Shown: positions 9,768 to 19,768, counted from the first letter of the whole stretch. The stretch is 61,619 nucleotides of DNA, filler included, from 6 parts of 6 records of this genome joined end to end with filler, not necessarily neighbours in it, one strand, 5' to 3'. The notes: generated by a model from the sequence alone, not told the origin. A program made the numbers and translations.

Positions 9768-10262
9768 ATGTTCGCACGAAAAATTTCTGCAAGTGATTTT
9801 GTTGATGCGTTGGAGCAGCTGGCGGCAGCGTCAGAAAATGCGGCACCTGCCGCATTGCATAACAGTGCTAAACGTATCCTAGACCGAAGTGAGGGGTTCG
9901 TAGGAAACGATCTCGATGGGCTGATTAATCACATTGTGAACCCTCCGAGATCGAAGCAGAAGAGGCCTTCTAAGAGCCGTCGGAGTGCACCTGCTCGAAA
10001 TGCGGCGAACAAAGAGCAAGTAGCTGAAATCGTTGAGAGCTTGAAAAAGGTAGAAAACGATAAAGCTGCGTTTGAAATTGCGGTCGATAAATACGACAAG
10101 GCTTGCGCCGCCGATACACTCAAAGTGGTGGCGGCACAGTATGCAGCATCAAGCAAACCTAGGACGAAAGCAGCTGCAGTTGAGCTTTTAAAGACAGAGC
10201 GAGGGAACAAGGTTCGGATAGCCAAAAAGCATGGAATTTCCGGAAGCTCCCGGCCTTGGTGA
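9768..10262 (+). CDS. hypothetical basic helical protein
   Basis: 164 aa, GAGG upstream, 11 nt after the ParA gene, same low GC. Confidence 0.75.
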   Translation: MFARKISASDFVDALEQLAAASENAAPAALHNSAKRILDRSEGFVGNDLDGLINHIVNPPRSKQKRPSKSRRSAPARNAANKEQVAEIVESLKKVENDKAAFEIAVDKYDKACAADTLKVVAAQYAASSKPRTKAAAVELLKTERGNKVRIAKKHGISGSSRPW

Positions 10263-10297
10263 GCGGCTTAAGCGTTTTGATTTTTTGAGAGAGAAGA

Positions 10298-10735
10298 ATG
10301 TCCCCACTCACCGAAGCCCGTATCACAAATGTCCGCAACCATATGGCGCTGGAGGTGACGCATGATTGGGATGCAGTGATCGCAACGTTTGAGCATCCGC
10401 GCTACGAGATGCATGGCGGCGGGCAGGTGTTCGATGGAGAGGCGGCGGTGCGGCGCTATTTCGAGCTGTCGCGCACGCCATTCCCAGACCAGGACAATGA
10501 GATCATCTCCATCGCGGTCGATGAGGCGACCGACACGCTGCTGGTCGAGTTCTGGCTGACCGGCACGCATACCGGGCCGCTGCGCGTGGGCGACAAGACT
10601 ATCGAGCCGACGGGGCGGAGTTTCCGGGTACGGATGGCGGCGACGTTCGAGTTCGCACCAGGCAGCGACCGCATCATCTGCGAGCGGCCCTATTTCGACC
10701 AGGGCGCCGTGCTGCGGGCGCTGGATCTAGCTTGA
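10298..10735 (+). CDS. SnoaL-like ester cyclase / NTF2-like protein
   Basis: FPD, EFWLTGTHTG, PTGRSF, ERPYFD. Confidence 0.85.
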   Translation: MSPLTEARITNVRNHMALEVTHDWDAVIATFEHPRYEMHGGGQVFDGEAAVRRYFELSRTPFPDQDNEIISIAVDEATDTLLVEFWLTGTHTGPLRVGDKTIEPTGRSFRVRMAATFEFAPGSDRIICERPYFDQGAVLRALDLA

Positions 10736-10784
10736 GCGTCTGGCCTGAGCGTCTGGCCTGAGCTTCTGGCCTGAGCTTCTGGCT
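10733..10784. repeat. 4 x 13-bp tandem repeat TGAGC(G/T)TCTGGC(C/T)
   Basis: Units start at 10733, 10746, 10759, 10772 between convergent genes. Confidence 0.9.
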
Positions 10785-10796
10785 TGGGCGGGGCGA

Positions 10797-12308
10797 TCAC
10801 ACCACGCCGAACAGGTGTTCCAGCGCGAAGAAGATGACGGCCGCCAGAATGGCTGAAGCCGGGACGGTGATCACCCAGGCGGCGACGACCGTGTTCACAT
10901 GCGCGCGGCGGACCAGCTTGCGCGCGGCGCGGCGGCGCTGCACCCCGGCATACTGGGTCTTGGCCGCATTCGGCGCGTAGGCGTGAATGTAGCGCAGGCG
11001 CGTCCTCGAGTTTGCGGTGAACCATTCCCGGAAGAAGCCGACGCCGAACACGGCGCCCACGGCGATGTGGGTGGAGGAGACCGGCAGGCCCAGCCAGCTG
11101 GCGATGATCACCGTCACGGCGGCGGCGAGCGCGACGCAGAAGGCGCGCATCGGGTTCAGCTTGGTGATCGACTGGCCGACCATGCGGATCAGTTTCGGCC
11201 CGAACAGGACGAGGCCGAAGGAGATGCCGGCCGCGCCGATCAGCATCACCCAGATCGGGATGTGGACCTTGGAGGCGACTTCGCCGGCCTCGACCGCGTG
11301 CACGATGGCGGCCAGCGGGCCGATGGCGTTGGCAACGTCATTGGCGCCGTGCGCAAAGGAGAGCAGGGCGGCAGAGAAGATCAGCGGCCACACGAAAAGT
11401 TCCCGCAGCGACTGGTTACGGTTGGGCATGTCGCGCGACTGGCGCTTGATCAGCGGATGGGTGAGCAGCCAGGCAAGCACGGCGATGCCGGCGCCGATCA
11501 TCAGCGCGTGCGGCATGTCGATATGGACCAGCTTCTTCACACCCTTCAGCGCCATGTATGTGCCGAAGGCGCCGGCCATGATCGCGATCAGCACGGGCAC
11601 CCAGCGGCGCGCGGCGGCGATCTTGTCTTCGCGGTAGATGATGAAGATCTTGATGAAGGCCAGCACGCTGGCCGCGATAATGCCGCCGAGGACGGGCGAG
11701 ATCACCCAGCTGGCGGCGATGGAGGCCATGGTGGGCCAGTGCACCGCGCTGAAGCCGGCCGCGGCAATGCCGGAGCCCATCACGCCGCCGACGACGGCAT
11801 GGGTGGTGGAGACCGGCGCGTTCAGCACGGTGGCGAGGTTCACCCAAAGGGCCGAGGAGATCAGCGCCGCCATCATCAGCCAGACAAAGGTCTCGGTCGT
11901 CGGCACGGTGGAGGGGTCGATGATGCCCTTGGAAATCGTGGAGACGACGTCGCCGCCGGCCAGAAGGGCGCCGGCGCTTTCGCAGACTGCCGCAATGACC
12001 AGCGCGCCGCCGATGGTCAGCGCCTTGGAGCCGACGGCCGGGCCAACATTGTTGGCCACGTCGTTGGCGCCGATGTTGAGGGCCATGTAGCCGCCGATGG
12101 CAGCCGCTGCAATGATCAGGAGGCCATTGTCCTGTCCGCCCATCAGGGCGCCGCCGATGACGACGATGGCCGCCAGGAACAGGAAGGCGAGACCGGGGGC
12201 GACAACACTGCGGGCGGTGGCCTGAACGGCGGCCTCTGCCTTGCCGATCTTGGCAAGGTCCTTGTCCAGGGTTTCCTTGACGAGTGTCGGATCCTTGCCG
12301 TCAGCCAT
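10797..12308 (-). CDS. PiT family inorganic phosphate transporter
   Basis: Two GANDVAN signatures, PVSTTH and PVSSTH. Confidence 0.95.
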   Translation of the reverse strand: MADGKDPTLVKETLDKDLAKIGKAEAAVQATARSVVAPGLAFLFLAAIVVIGGALMGGQDNGLLIIAAAAIGGYMALNIGANDVANNVGPAVGSKALTIGGALVIAAVCESAGALLAGGDVVSTISKGIIDPSTVPTTETFVWLMMAALISSALWVNLATVLNAPVSTTHAVVGGVMGSGIAAAGFSAVHWPTMASIAASWVISPVLGGIIAASVLAFIKIFIIYREDKIAAARRWVPVLIAIMAGAFGTYMALKGVKKLVHIDMPHALMIGAGIAVLAWLLTHPLIKRQSRDMPNRNQSLRELFVWPLIFSAALLSFAHGANDVANAIGPLAAIVHAVEAGEVASKVHIPIWVMLIGAAGISFGLVLFGPKLIRMVGQSITKLNPMRAFCVALAAAVTVIIASWLGLPVSSTHIAVGAVFGVGFFREWFTANSRTRLRYIHAYAPNAAKTQYAGVQRRRAARKLVRRAHVNTVVAAWVITVPASAILAAVIFFALEHLFGVV

Positions 12309-12416
12309 GAGAGCCCCTTCGCTAGCAGGCGATGGGCTGCATCAGCCGCATGCCGCCGGAATTTTCAACCGGATTCGAAATTTCAGGCTGTAGATGTCAC
12401 AAGACTGTCATGAAAC

Positions 12417-12851
12417 TTATGAGTTCAGCGCGAAGATCATGGCCTGAAAGTTCCGTCCAATCATGTTGGCCCGGTCGTAGAAGAAGTCCGCCGCGGCGGG
12501 ATTCGGCATCAGCTCGTCCACGGTCTGGCGGAACAGGCCCAGCCAGCGCGCGAAATGCGCCTCGCTGATACGGCCTGACAGGCGCAGATGCGGCGGCATC
12601 GGGCGGCCATTATAGCGCCGCGTGCCGAGCGCGATGGCCGACCAGAAATCCTTCAGCTTCGCCAGGTGCGGGTCCCAGTCCTCTCCCAGCGCCGACTGGA
12701 AAATGGGCCCCAGCAAATCGTCTTCCCGCACGCGGGCATAGAATGTGTCGACCAGCCGCGAGACCAGCGCCTCGTCGATGCCGAGGGCGGCAGCGTTCCG
12801 CTCCATCGCAGCCTGCCGTTCTTCGCCCGAACGGCGGATGGCGTCGGTCAT
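12417..12851 (-). CDS. group III truncated hemoglobin
   Basis: LVDTFYARVREDDLLGPIF, DWDPHL, DFW, PMPPH, HFARWLGLF. Confidence 0.9.
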   Translation of the reverse strand: MTDAIRRSGEERQAAMERNAAALGIDEALVSRLVDTFYARVREDDLLGPIFQSALGEDWDPHLAKLKDFWSAIALGTRRYNGRPMPPHLRLSGRISEAHFARWLGLFRQTVDELMPNPAAADFFYDRANMIGRNFQAMIFALNS

Positions 12852-12872
12852 GGTCTGCGGTCTAGTCCTGCT

Positions 12873-13025
12873 CTAATCCTTTGGGGGCTCGACCGGCGGC
12901 GGCGTCACCGGCGCGCTGAACGCCTTGCGCACAACCCAGGCCGTGATGCCCACCATGATCACGACCAGGCAGCCAAACCCGATCAGGGCATAGATTGCCA
13001 GATTGTCGACCGTCAGATTCCCCAT
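12873..13025 (-). CDS. 50-aa single-pass membrane protein, absent from the ORF track
   Basis: MGNLTVDNLAIYALIGFGCLVVIMVGITAWVVRKAFSAPVTPPPVEPPKD; AGGAGG RBS; GC-rich third codon positions. Confidence 0.75.
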   Translation of the reverse strand: MGNLTVDNLAIYALIGFGCLVVIMVGITAWVVRKAFSAPVTPPPVEPPKD

Positions 13026-13170
13026 AACCGCCTCCTGCACGGTAGCCTCTTGTGCCGCGCAGGGTCGGGCCTGACCTCTGAAAAATCAATACGTAACCTT
13101 ACAGAGGGACCGGATGTGCCACCGCTGCGGCCGCTTGCGCGGGCAGGCCGTCCTGCGGCATAGGCCCGGC

Positions 13171-14373
13171 ATGTCTCCGGCCCAGCCCCTCTCATATGAT
13201 GCGATCGTGCTCGGCGCCGGAGCGGCGGGCCTCTTCTGCGCGGCGCGTATCGGTCAGGCGGGTAGCCGCGTCGTGGTGCTGGACCATGCGGCCAAGCCCG
13301 CGGAGAAAGTGCGCATCTCCGGCGGCGGGCGGTGTAACTTCACCAATCTCGAAACCGCAGCGAACCGGTTCATCAGCCAGAACCCGCATTTCGCGAAATC
13401 GGCGCTCGCCCGCTACACGCCGTGGGATTTCACCAGCCTCATGGCCGCCCACGGCCTGACCTGGCACGAGAAGACGCTCGGGCAGTTATTCTGCGACCAG
13501 AAATCCGGCGCGATCATCCAGATGCTGCTGGACGAGCTGGCCGCCGGGCAGGGGGAATTGCGCCTCGATACGTCGATCAATTCGGTGACGCATGCCGATG
13601 GCCGTTTCCGGGTGGAGACGTCTGGCGGCGAGTACACCGCGCCGAAACTGGTCGTCGCCACGGGCGGGCTTTCCATTCCCAAGATGGGCGCGACAGGCCT
13701 TGCCTATGACATCGCCCGCCAGTTCGGGCACGAGATCGTGCCGACGCGGGCCGCGCTCGTGCCGTTCGTGTTCACCGGCGCAGACCATGAAGACTTCGCC
13801 TCCATCTCCGGCGTCGCCTGCGACGTGCGCGCGGCGGCGGGCGGGGTGGCCTTCGAGGAAGCGATGCTGTTCACCCACCGGGGCCTTTCCGGCCCGGCGA
13901 TCCTGCAGGTGTCGTCCTATTGGCACCCGGGGGAAGCAGTGATGCTGACCCTGCTGCCGGGCACCGACATTGCGGGCCAGTTGAAAGAGGTGAAGCGTGA
14001 CCGGCCGATGCAGACGCTCGCCACCGCGCTCGAAGGCTTCTTCGCAAAACGCCTCGCAGATCTCATCCTGCGCCGTCAGGGCCTTGACCCCGCTGCGCGG
14101 CTGGCCGGTCTCTCACATGCCGTGCTGGACGATCTCGCGAACGTCCTCACCGATTGGCCGGTGCGCCCGGCGGGCACGGAAGGCTACCGCACGGCGGAGG
14201 TGACAGCCGGCGGCGTCGATACGGGCGGGCTCTCTTCCCGCACCATGGAAAGCCGCCAGGTGCCGGGCCTCCACTTCATCGGCGAATGCGTGGACGTCAC
14301 CGGCTGGCTCGGCGGCTACAATTTCCAATGGGCCTGGGCCAGCGCCGCCGCGGCGGCAGAACGACCTAGCTGA
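13171..14373 (+). CDS. HI0933/YhiN-family flavoprotein
   Basis: GAGAAG, ISGGGRCNFTN, ATGGLSIP, LFTHRGLSGP, GWLGGYNFQWAW. Confidence 0.93.
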   Translation: MSPAQPLSYDAIVLGAGAAGLFCAARIGQAGSRVVVLDHAAKPAEKVRISGGGRCNFTNLETAANRFISQNPHFAKSALARYTPWDFTSLMAAHGLTWHEKTLGQLFCDQKSGAIIQMLLDELAAGQGELRLDTSINSVTHADGRFRVETSGGEYTAPKLVVATGGLSIPKMGATGLAYDIARQFGHEIVPTRAALVPFVFTGADHEDFASISGVACDVRAAAGGVAFEEAMLFTHRGLSGPAILQVSSYWHPGEAVMLTLLPGTDIAGQLKEVKRDRPMQTLATALEGFFAKRLADLILRRQGLDPAARLAGLSHAVLDDLANVLTDWPVRPAGTEGYRTAEVTAGGVDTGGLSSRTMESRQVPGLHFIGECVDVTGWLGGYNFQWAWASAAAAAERPS

Positions 14374-15676
14374 GCTTGTACCGGATCGGCAGGCTTTTCA
14401 GGCCGGAGACGAAATTGGCGCGCGTGCTTTGCGGCTCACCTGCCAGTTCGATCGACTCAAGGCGCGGCAGAAGCTCGTTCAGCAGGGCTTTGATCTCCAT
14501 CCGTGCGAGGTGCATGCCAAGGCAGACATGGACGCCATAGCCGAAGGCGACCTGTTTCTTCACGTCCCGGTCGACCCGGAATTCGAACGGATCCTCGAAG
14601 ACTTGCTCGTCGCGATTGCCTGACCAGTAGAAGAGGGCGAGCCCGTCGCCTTTCCTGATCGTCTTGCCACGAAGTGTGTAGTCCTCGGTCGCTGTGCGCA
14701 TGAAATGCTTCACCGGTGTCGTCCAGCGGATCATTTCCTCGATGGCGTTCGGTAACAGCGAAAGGTCGTTCTTGAGCTTCGCCAGTTGGTCTGGTCGCCT
14801 GATCAGTTCCAGCATGCCGCCGGAGACGGTGGAGCTCGTCGTGTCATGCCCGGCCGTGGCGACGATGATGTAATAGCTCATGGCCTCGCGATCGCCGATC
14901 GGTTGGCCGTCGATCTGGCCATTGGCGATGACGGTGGAGACGTCGTCGCGCGGATTGGCGCGGCGGTCTTCGGTGATGGCGCCGAAATACTTGAACAATT
15001 CCTGCGCCGTTTTCAGGAGATCGACGCCCTCATCGCTGGTCACGGTCTGGCCGGTCTCCGACTTGTTTTCGCTTTCACCGGCCACATCCGGATCGCTGGG
15101 GCCGAAGATTTCCTGCGTCATCTTCAGCATGAATTTTTCATCAGACCTCGGAATGCCGAGGATCTCCATGATCACGCGCAGCGGATACCAGAGGGCGACC
15201 TCTTTCACAAAGTCACACTCGCCGCCGAGGCTGGCCATGTGGTCAACATGTTCCTTGGCGATCTCGGCGATACGGGTTTCCAGCTTGCGGAGGTTCGGCG
15301 GCATGAACCAGGCCTGCGTCAGGGCGCGCAGTTTCATGTGTACCGGGTCGTCGAGGTCGACGAGCGTGCGGAAGAGGTGGGTGTCGCCGGTCATCGACAT
15401 GATCCATTCCTCACCCGCTTTCGGGCTCAGATAGGTTCGGTCGTGATTGATGAAGATCTTGTTGTTCTTCTCGACTTCGAGAATGTCGGCATGTTTGGTG
15501 ACCGACCAGAAGGGGCGGAAGCCGTCGGGTTCGGTCCAGTGCAGCGGGTCGTCCTGTCTCAGCCTGGTGTAGACGTCATGGATTTCCCAGCTGGCATAAA
15601 GGTCCGGATGGACAATCTCGTCGTCCAGCGTGTCGCGCTTGAAGCCCGGAAAGACTGCAGGTGTTCCGTCGGCCAT
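14366..15676 (-). CDS. cytochrome P450, CYP108-like
   Basis: AGHDTT I-helix, EEMIR, heme motif FGYGVHVCLG; subfamily is a guess. Confidence 0.93.
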   Translation of the reverse strand: MADGTPAVFPGFKRDTLDDEIVHPDLYASWEIHDVYTRLRQDDPLHWTEPDGFRPFWSVTKHADILEVEKNNKIFINHDRTYLSPKAGEEWIMSMTGDTHLFRTLVDLDDPVHMKLRALTQAWFMPPNLRKLETRIAEIAKEHVDHMASLGGECDFVKEVALWYPLRVIMEILGIPRSDEKFMLKMTQEIFGPSDPDVAGESENKSETGQTVTSDEGVDLLKTAQELFKYFGAITEDRRANPRDDVSTVIANGQIDGQPIGDREAMSYYIIVATAGHDTTSSTVSGGMLELIRRPDQLAKLKNDLSLLPNAIEEMIRWTTPVKHFMRTATEDYTLRGKTIRKGDGLALFYWSGNRDEQVFEDPFEFRVDRDVKKQVAFGYGVHVCLGMHLARMEIKALLNELLPRLESIELAGEPQSTRANFVSGLKSLPIRYKLS

Positions 15677-15891
15677 GAATTCCTCCCTGTTTTCTTCGAA
15701 GGTGAAGACGTCAGCTCTATGCCGTCAAGCCATACCGCCCGGTCATTCGCCCCGGTTTGCCCCTGTTTACGTGGGTTGGCGGGGGTGTGGCGGCCCTCTG
15801 GCGGGCGCGTGACGCCGTGCTGGCGTGGCTGGCAGGGGAAATTTCCCTTTTGCTTTGGAGGCATTAAGCTGGCCATTGAAAGGAGACTGCC

Positions 15892-16347
15892 ATGCAGTTC
15901 AACGCCGACGCGACCAAGATCAGACGCTGGCGCGAGGAGCGGCACTGGTCGCAGGAACACCTGGCAGATCTCGCCGGGATCGGCCTGCGAACCGTGCAGC
16001 GGATCGAAAAGGGCGAGCCCGCCTCGCGCGAAACCATGACGGCGCTGGCAGCGGCCTTCAATGTCGACGTCATGGCTCTGGCGGTCGACCCCGAAACCGA
16101 AGCCGAGAAGATCGCACGGCGGAAGGATGCCAAGCTGATCGCCGGAACGCGCCTCGGCCTCTTCATCTCCCTTGGCGGCTGTGCCCTCGCGCTGCTCGTA
16201 TTCGCCGGGATCAATATCGGGACCGGATCCCATGTCATGATGTGGCCGATGATCTGGGTGACGGTGGGTGCGGCGGGCCACGGCCTCACAGCCCTCATTA
16301 TCGAGTTGACAGTGAGGTACCGCCAAAAGATCAGCGTTGCGGAATGA
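15892..16347 (+). CDS. XRE HTH regulator with two C-terminal membrane helices
   Basis: WSQEHLADLAGIGLRTVQRIEKG plus hydrophobic C-terminus. Confidence 0.88.
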   Translation: MQFNADATKIRRWREERHWSQEHLADLAGIGLRTVQRIEKGEPASRETMTALAAAFNVDVMALAVDPETEAEKIARRKDAKLIAGTRLGLFISLGGCALALLVFAGINIGTGSHVMMWPMIWVTVGAAGHGLTALIIELTVRYRQKISVAE

Positions 16348-16454
16348 GGCAGCGCCGGGCGCAGTGACAAAACCGCGGCGCCCAGATTTTGACACCAGTT
16401 TTCCAGCCCCCGGGCGCTTGACGGGGCGGCGTGGGAGGATCAAACGCTGCGCGC

Positions 16455-17207
16455 ATGAACGAGACCGGTTCCACGCCTCAAGGTACGAATACGACGCCTC
16501 GCCGGGCCATGTTGCTGGGCGGGGCGATGCTCGTGCTTGTGCTGCTCGTGTTCGGCCTAGGAAAACTGGGCATCCTGCCGAGCGGGGAGGCGATGACGGC
16601 CTGGATGGACGGTATGGCCGACAGTCCCTTGGGCCTGCCGGCGCTGATCCTCGTCTTCTGCGTCGCCGCCTTTCTGGGTGTGCCGCAATTCGCGCTGATC
16701 GCTGCCGCTGTGGCCGTGTTCGGGCCCTGGGCCGGGGCGGGGTATTCCTGGATCGCGACCATGGCATCGGGCGCGCTGACCTTTTATGTCGGGCGGCTGA
16801 CGGGCGAACAGGCTTTCCGCCGCTATGCCGGCAAGACAGCGAACCGGCTGGCGGGCGTTATCGGGCGCAATGCCTTTGTCGCCAGCGCCGTGGTGCGCAA
16901 CGTGCCGACAGGGCCGCTGCTGCTGGTCAACATGGCGTTCGGCGTCAGTCATGCACGCTTCCTGCCTTACTGGGCCGGCATGGGGCTGGGCAGCCTTCCG
17001 AAGATCCTGCTGATCGCTTTTGCCGGGCGCAGCCTGCTAGCCGCACTGCAGGGAAATCCGGTGACCGCAATCCTGACGGCGCTGGCGGCGGTTGCCGTTT
17101 ATGCGGGCATTGCCCTCTGGGTGCGCCAACGGGTCCGGAAATCGGGGCAATCTGTTGCCCTGATCGGTTCAGGCGCGGTTGACAATTCGGGCGATCTGCC
17201 GGAATAA
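16455..17207 (+). CDS. TVP38/TMEM64 (VTT, DedA-like) membrane protein
   Basis: Multi-pass protein with FGPWAG, FYVGR, RNVPTGP..LVN. Confidence 0.85.
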   Translation: MNETGSTPQGTNTTPRRAMLLGGAMLVLVLLVFGLGKLGILPSGEAMTAWMDGMADSPLGLPALILVFCVAAFLGVPQFALIAAAVAVFGPWAGAGYSWIATMASGALTFYVGRLTGEQAFRRYAGKTANRLAGVIGRNAFVASAVVRNVPTGPLLLVNMAFGVSHARFLPYWAGMGLGSLPKILLIAFAGRSLLAALQGNPVTAILTALAAVAVYAGIALWVRQRVRKSGQSVALIGSGAVDNSGDLPE

Positions 17208-17214
17208 CCGCACC

Positions 17215-17283
17215 ATGCGCAAGAATTTGCCCCTACGCCTGCTTCTTACCGGCCCCTGGCCGGTGCCGACTGCTCCGCACTAA
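17215..17283 (+). promoter_or_regulatory. Leu-rich leader peptide of leuA (attenuator)
   Basis: MRKNLPLRLLLTGPWPVPTAPH with TTG/CTA/CTG/CTT/CTT Leu codons; TTGACA at 17179; CCCCTG can pair with downstream CAGGGG. Confidence 0.75.
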
Positions 17284-17358
17284 GTCCGGGGCAGGCGCAC
17301 GGTCAGGGGATTTTCAGCCGAACCTTTTCCGATATTCCCCAGAACCAGGCAGCCTGCC

Positions 17359-18237
17359 ATGACCAAGCCAGAACATATCCGCATCTTCGACACCACCTTG
17401 CGTGACGGCGAACAATCGCCGGGCGCGTCCATGACCCATGGCGAGAAACTCGAACTCGCCGCCCTGATGGAAGACATGGGCGTCGATGTGATCGAAGCCG
17501 GTTTCCCCGCCGCCTCAGAAGGCGACTTTGCCTCCGTCAGCGAGATTGCCCGCCGCTCGAAAGAGGCCATTATCTGCGGCCTGTCCCGCTCGACCGAGAA
17601 GGACATCGAACGCTGCGGTGAAGCCGTACGCCACGCGGCGCGTCCGCGCATCCACACCTTCATCTCCACCAGCCCCGTGCACATGAAACACAAGCTGCAG
17701 ATGGGCCCGAACGCCGTGCTCGAAGCCGTGGGCCGGTCGGTGTCCCAGGCCCGCAACCTGGTCGAAGATGTCGAGTGGAGCGCAGAAGACGCGACCCGCA
17801 CCGAATTTGACTTCCTGTGCAAATGTATCGATGTCGCCATCCAGAGCGGCGCAACCACGATCAATATTCCGGACACGGTCGGCTATTCCCACCCGGACGA
17901 ATATGGCCGCCTGTTCAAGCGCCTGATCGAGAATGTCGCCAATTCGGATAAAGTGATCTGGTCGGCGCACTGCCACAATGACCTCGGCCTCGCCGTCGCA
18001 AACTCCATCAGCGCCGTCGCCAATGGCGCCCGCCAGGTGGAATGCGCGATCAACGGGCTCGGCGAACGGGCGGGCAATGCGGCGCTGGAAGAAGTCGTCA
18101 TGGCGCTGCGCGTCCGCCACGACACGCTGCCTTACACGACCAATGTGAAGAGCGAATACCTCTCGCGTGCCTCCGCCATGCTGAGCCGCATCACGGGCTT
18201 CCCGGTGCAGTACAACAAGGCCATCGTCGGCAAGAAC
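17359..18237 (+). CDS. leuA: 2-isopropylmalate synthase, 3' truncated
   Basis: IFDTTLRDGEQSPG, HCHNDLG, GERAGN. Confidence 0.97.
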
Positions 18238-18337
18238 NNNNNNNNNNNNNNNNNNNNNNNNNNNNNNNNNNNNNNNNNNNNTTAATTAATTAANNNNNNN
18301 NNNNNNNNNNNNNNNNNNNNNNNNNNNNNNNNNNNNN

Positions 18338-18367
18338 ACGAACGAACGAACGAACGAACGAACGAAC
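18338..18367. repeat. (AACG)n microsatellite at contig end
   Basis: About 7 tandem units; likely cause of the assembly break. Confidence 0.9.
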
Positions 18368-18476
18368 AAGTGCCCTGCTGCGCTGAACCTAACTTTGTCA
18401 ACCTCGCTGGGATGACTGTGTGCGCAGACGACCATCATGGCTGGCAATCTTGAACGCGGTCTGGAGCTCCAACAGG

Positions 18477-18544
18477 CGACCAATGCCTGCTTGGCCGCCC
18501 TCAGCTTGCCTAAGGGATCGGGCTATACCTTTAACTTACCTACC
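18477..18544 (-). ncRNA. 3' half of a group I intron (P8 3', J8/7, P7 3', P9), partner of the nad5 intron 5' half
   Basis: Minus strand reads GGTAGGTAAGTTA, AAGGTA, TAGCCC, GAT, hairpin CCCTTAG-GCAAG-CTGAGGG, then a second hairpin; first segment pairs with 33882-33893. Confidence 0.75.
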
Positions 18545-18774
18545 ATATAGACTTATGTCCGTCTGCCCGCTTAATGAGAGGGAGTGCGTTTACGTTTCCC
18601 CGTTGTCTGCAAGAACAAAGACCGCAGGAGCAGCTCCGCCGCAGCGTGGAGGAGGTGGAGCTGTGGTGTCGACCCCAAGGGCCTAACAGTTTGACACAAG
18701 CAGACAAACTTTTGGGTATGCCGAAAGGGAATACGGCTCCGCGAGCAAAAAACTTTAACGCGTTTTTTAAGACT

Positions 18775-18823
18775 TGTTCCACATTCCAGATCCCTCATTG
18801 GAAGGAATGGGGAATATGGAACA
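18775..18823. repeat. dispersed hairpin element, copy 1
   Basis: TTCCACATTCC...AAGGAATGGGGAAT...TGGAA, also at 31609 and 31772. Confidence 0.75.
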
Positions 18824-19768
18824 CACACGAAGGGTTCGTTTTTTTGCTTGTTTTCCCGCCCGCAGGAAGCAACACACATTGAAAAAGACCGCGGAACCCA
18901 CGAGCTACGGGGCGGCCCCCTGCGCTGGCACTTGAACAGAGTTTTGCTTTTTGGTTCAGCTTCTGACAATGTTGGGGCAAGGTTCATGAAATGTTGAACA
19001 AACAGCGAAGCAAAACACTCTCGCTCCCCCCGAAGAATTGGTACAATTTCACATTCCGCTTCTCGTTCTTCGAGAAAGGCATGGGCGACATTCGGGGTAT
19101 ATTGTTCGGGCAAGCAAAAGACCAGCAGTTATTGGCATGATGAAAAAAACTGGCCTCTTCCTATAGAAAGAGATACAAGCACTGTCTTTTTTTCGTAACC
19201 CCCCACGGGGTTTATATTCCGCCCTTCGGCTTCAGCATCCCGCTCTCCCGAGCGAGACGGGTTATCTGGAATGCACAACTCGTCATTGCCCCCGCCAGGG
19301 GCGGTTACGTCGCCCAAAATGCTTCCTCTGCCGGTGGGCCTTCGGGTCCTCCAGCCCCAACGGGCACCCCACATTCTTTGTTTTTCAGGTCAAACAAAAC
19401 AACGAACAATGGAATAAAAAGCGTAGCGGACGAATGGTTCCGCGCTTGTTGCTTTTGATCGACAGACAAATTTTTGTCCTGTCCACACGTTGAAGAAGAG
19501 CTGCGCTTGGGGTGTTTGCACGTTTTGCGCGCACCCCCTACACCTTCGGGCATCGTCAACGCCACCTTTTGCTTCGCCATTGGGAAGCAACGACAACTTC
19601 ACAATAACGGTCTGCCGAGGGTGAGAGTCTCTTGTTCCAGCTTGTCACGGAGGAGCAGCGAACAGCCAATGTTGAGCGACGTGTTTTGTGGTAATAATAA
19701 ATAATACGAAACAAGGACCTCATGTATTGGGTTAGCATTTGGGTTTTGTTCATGCTGATGACAATTGG

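Noticed and set aside
13070-13090. FNR box upstream of the microprotein-globin unit
   Set aside because: Only one TTGAT half-site
18338-18367. (AACG)n as the telomere of a linear mitogenome
   Set aside because: Short, other microsatellites occur internally, and exon 2 is expected beyond it
18338-18390. Minus-strand AAGHLFVRS as nad5 exon 2
   Set aside because: Resemblance comes from the (AACG)n repeat and does not match VTAGVFL
18545-19760. Homing endonuclease or other gene beside the intron 3' half
   Set aside because: No LAGLIDADG, GIY-YIG or other recognisable motif in the frames inspected
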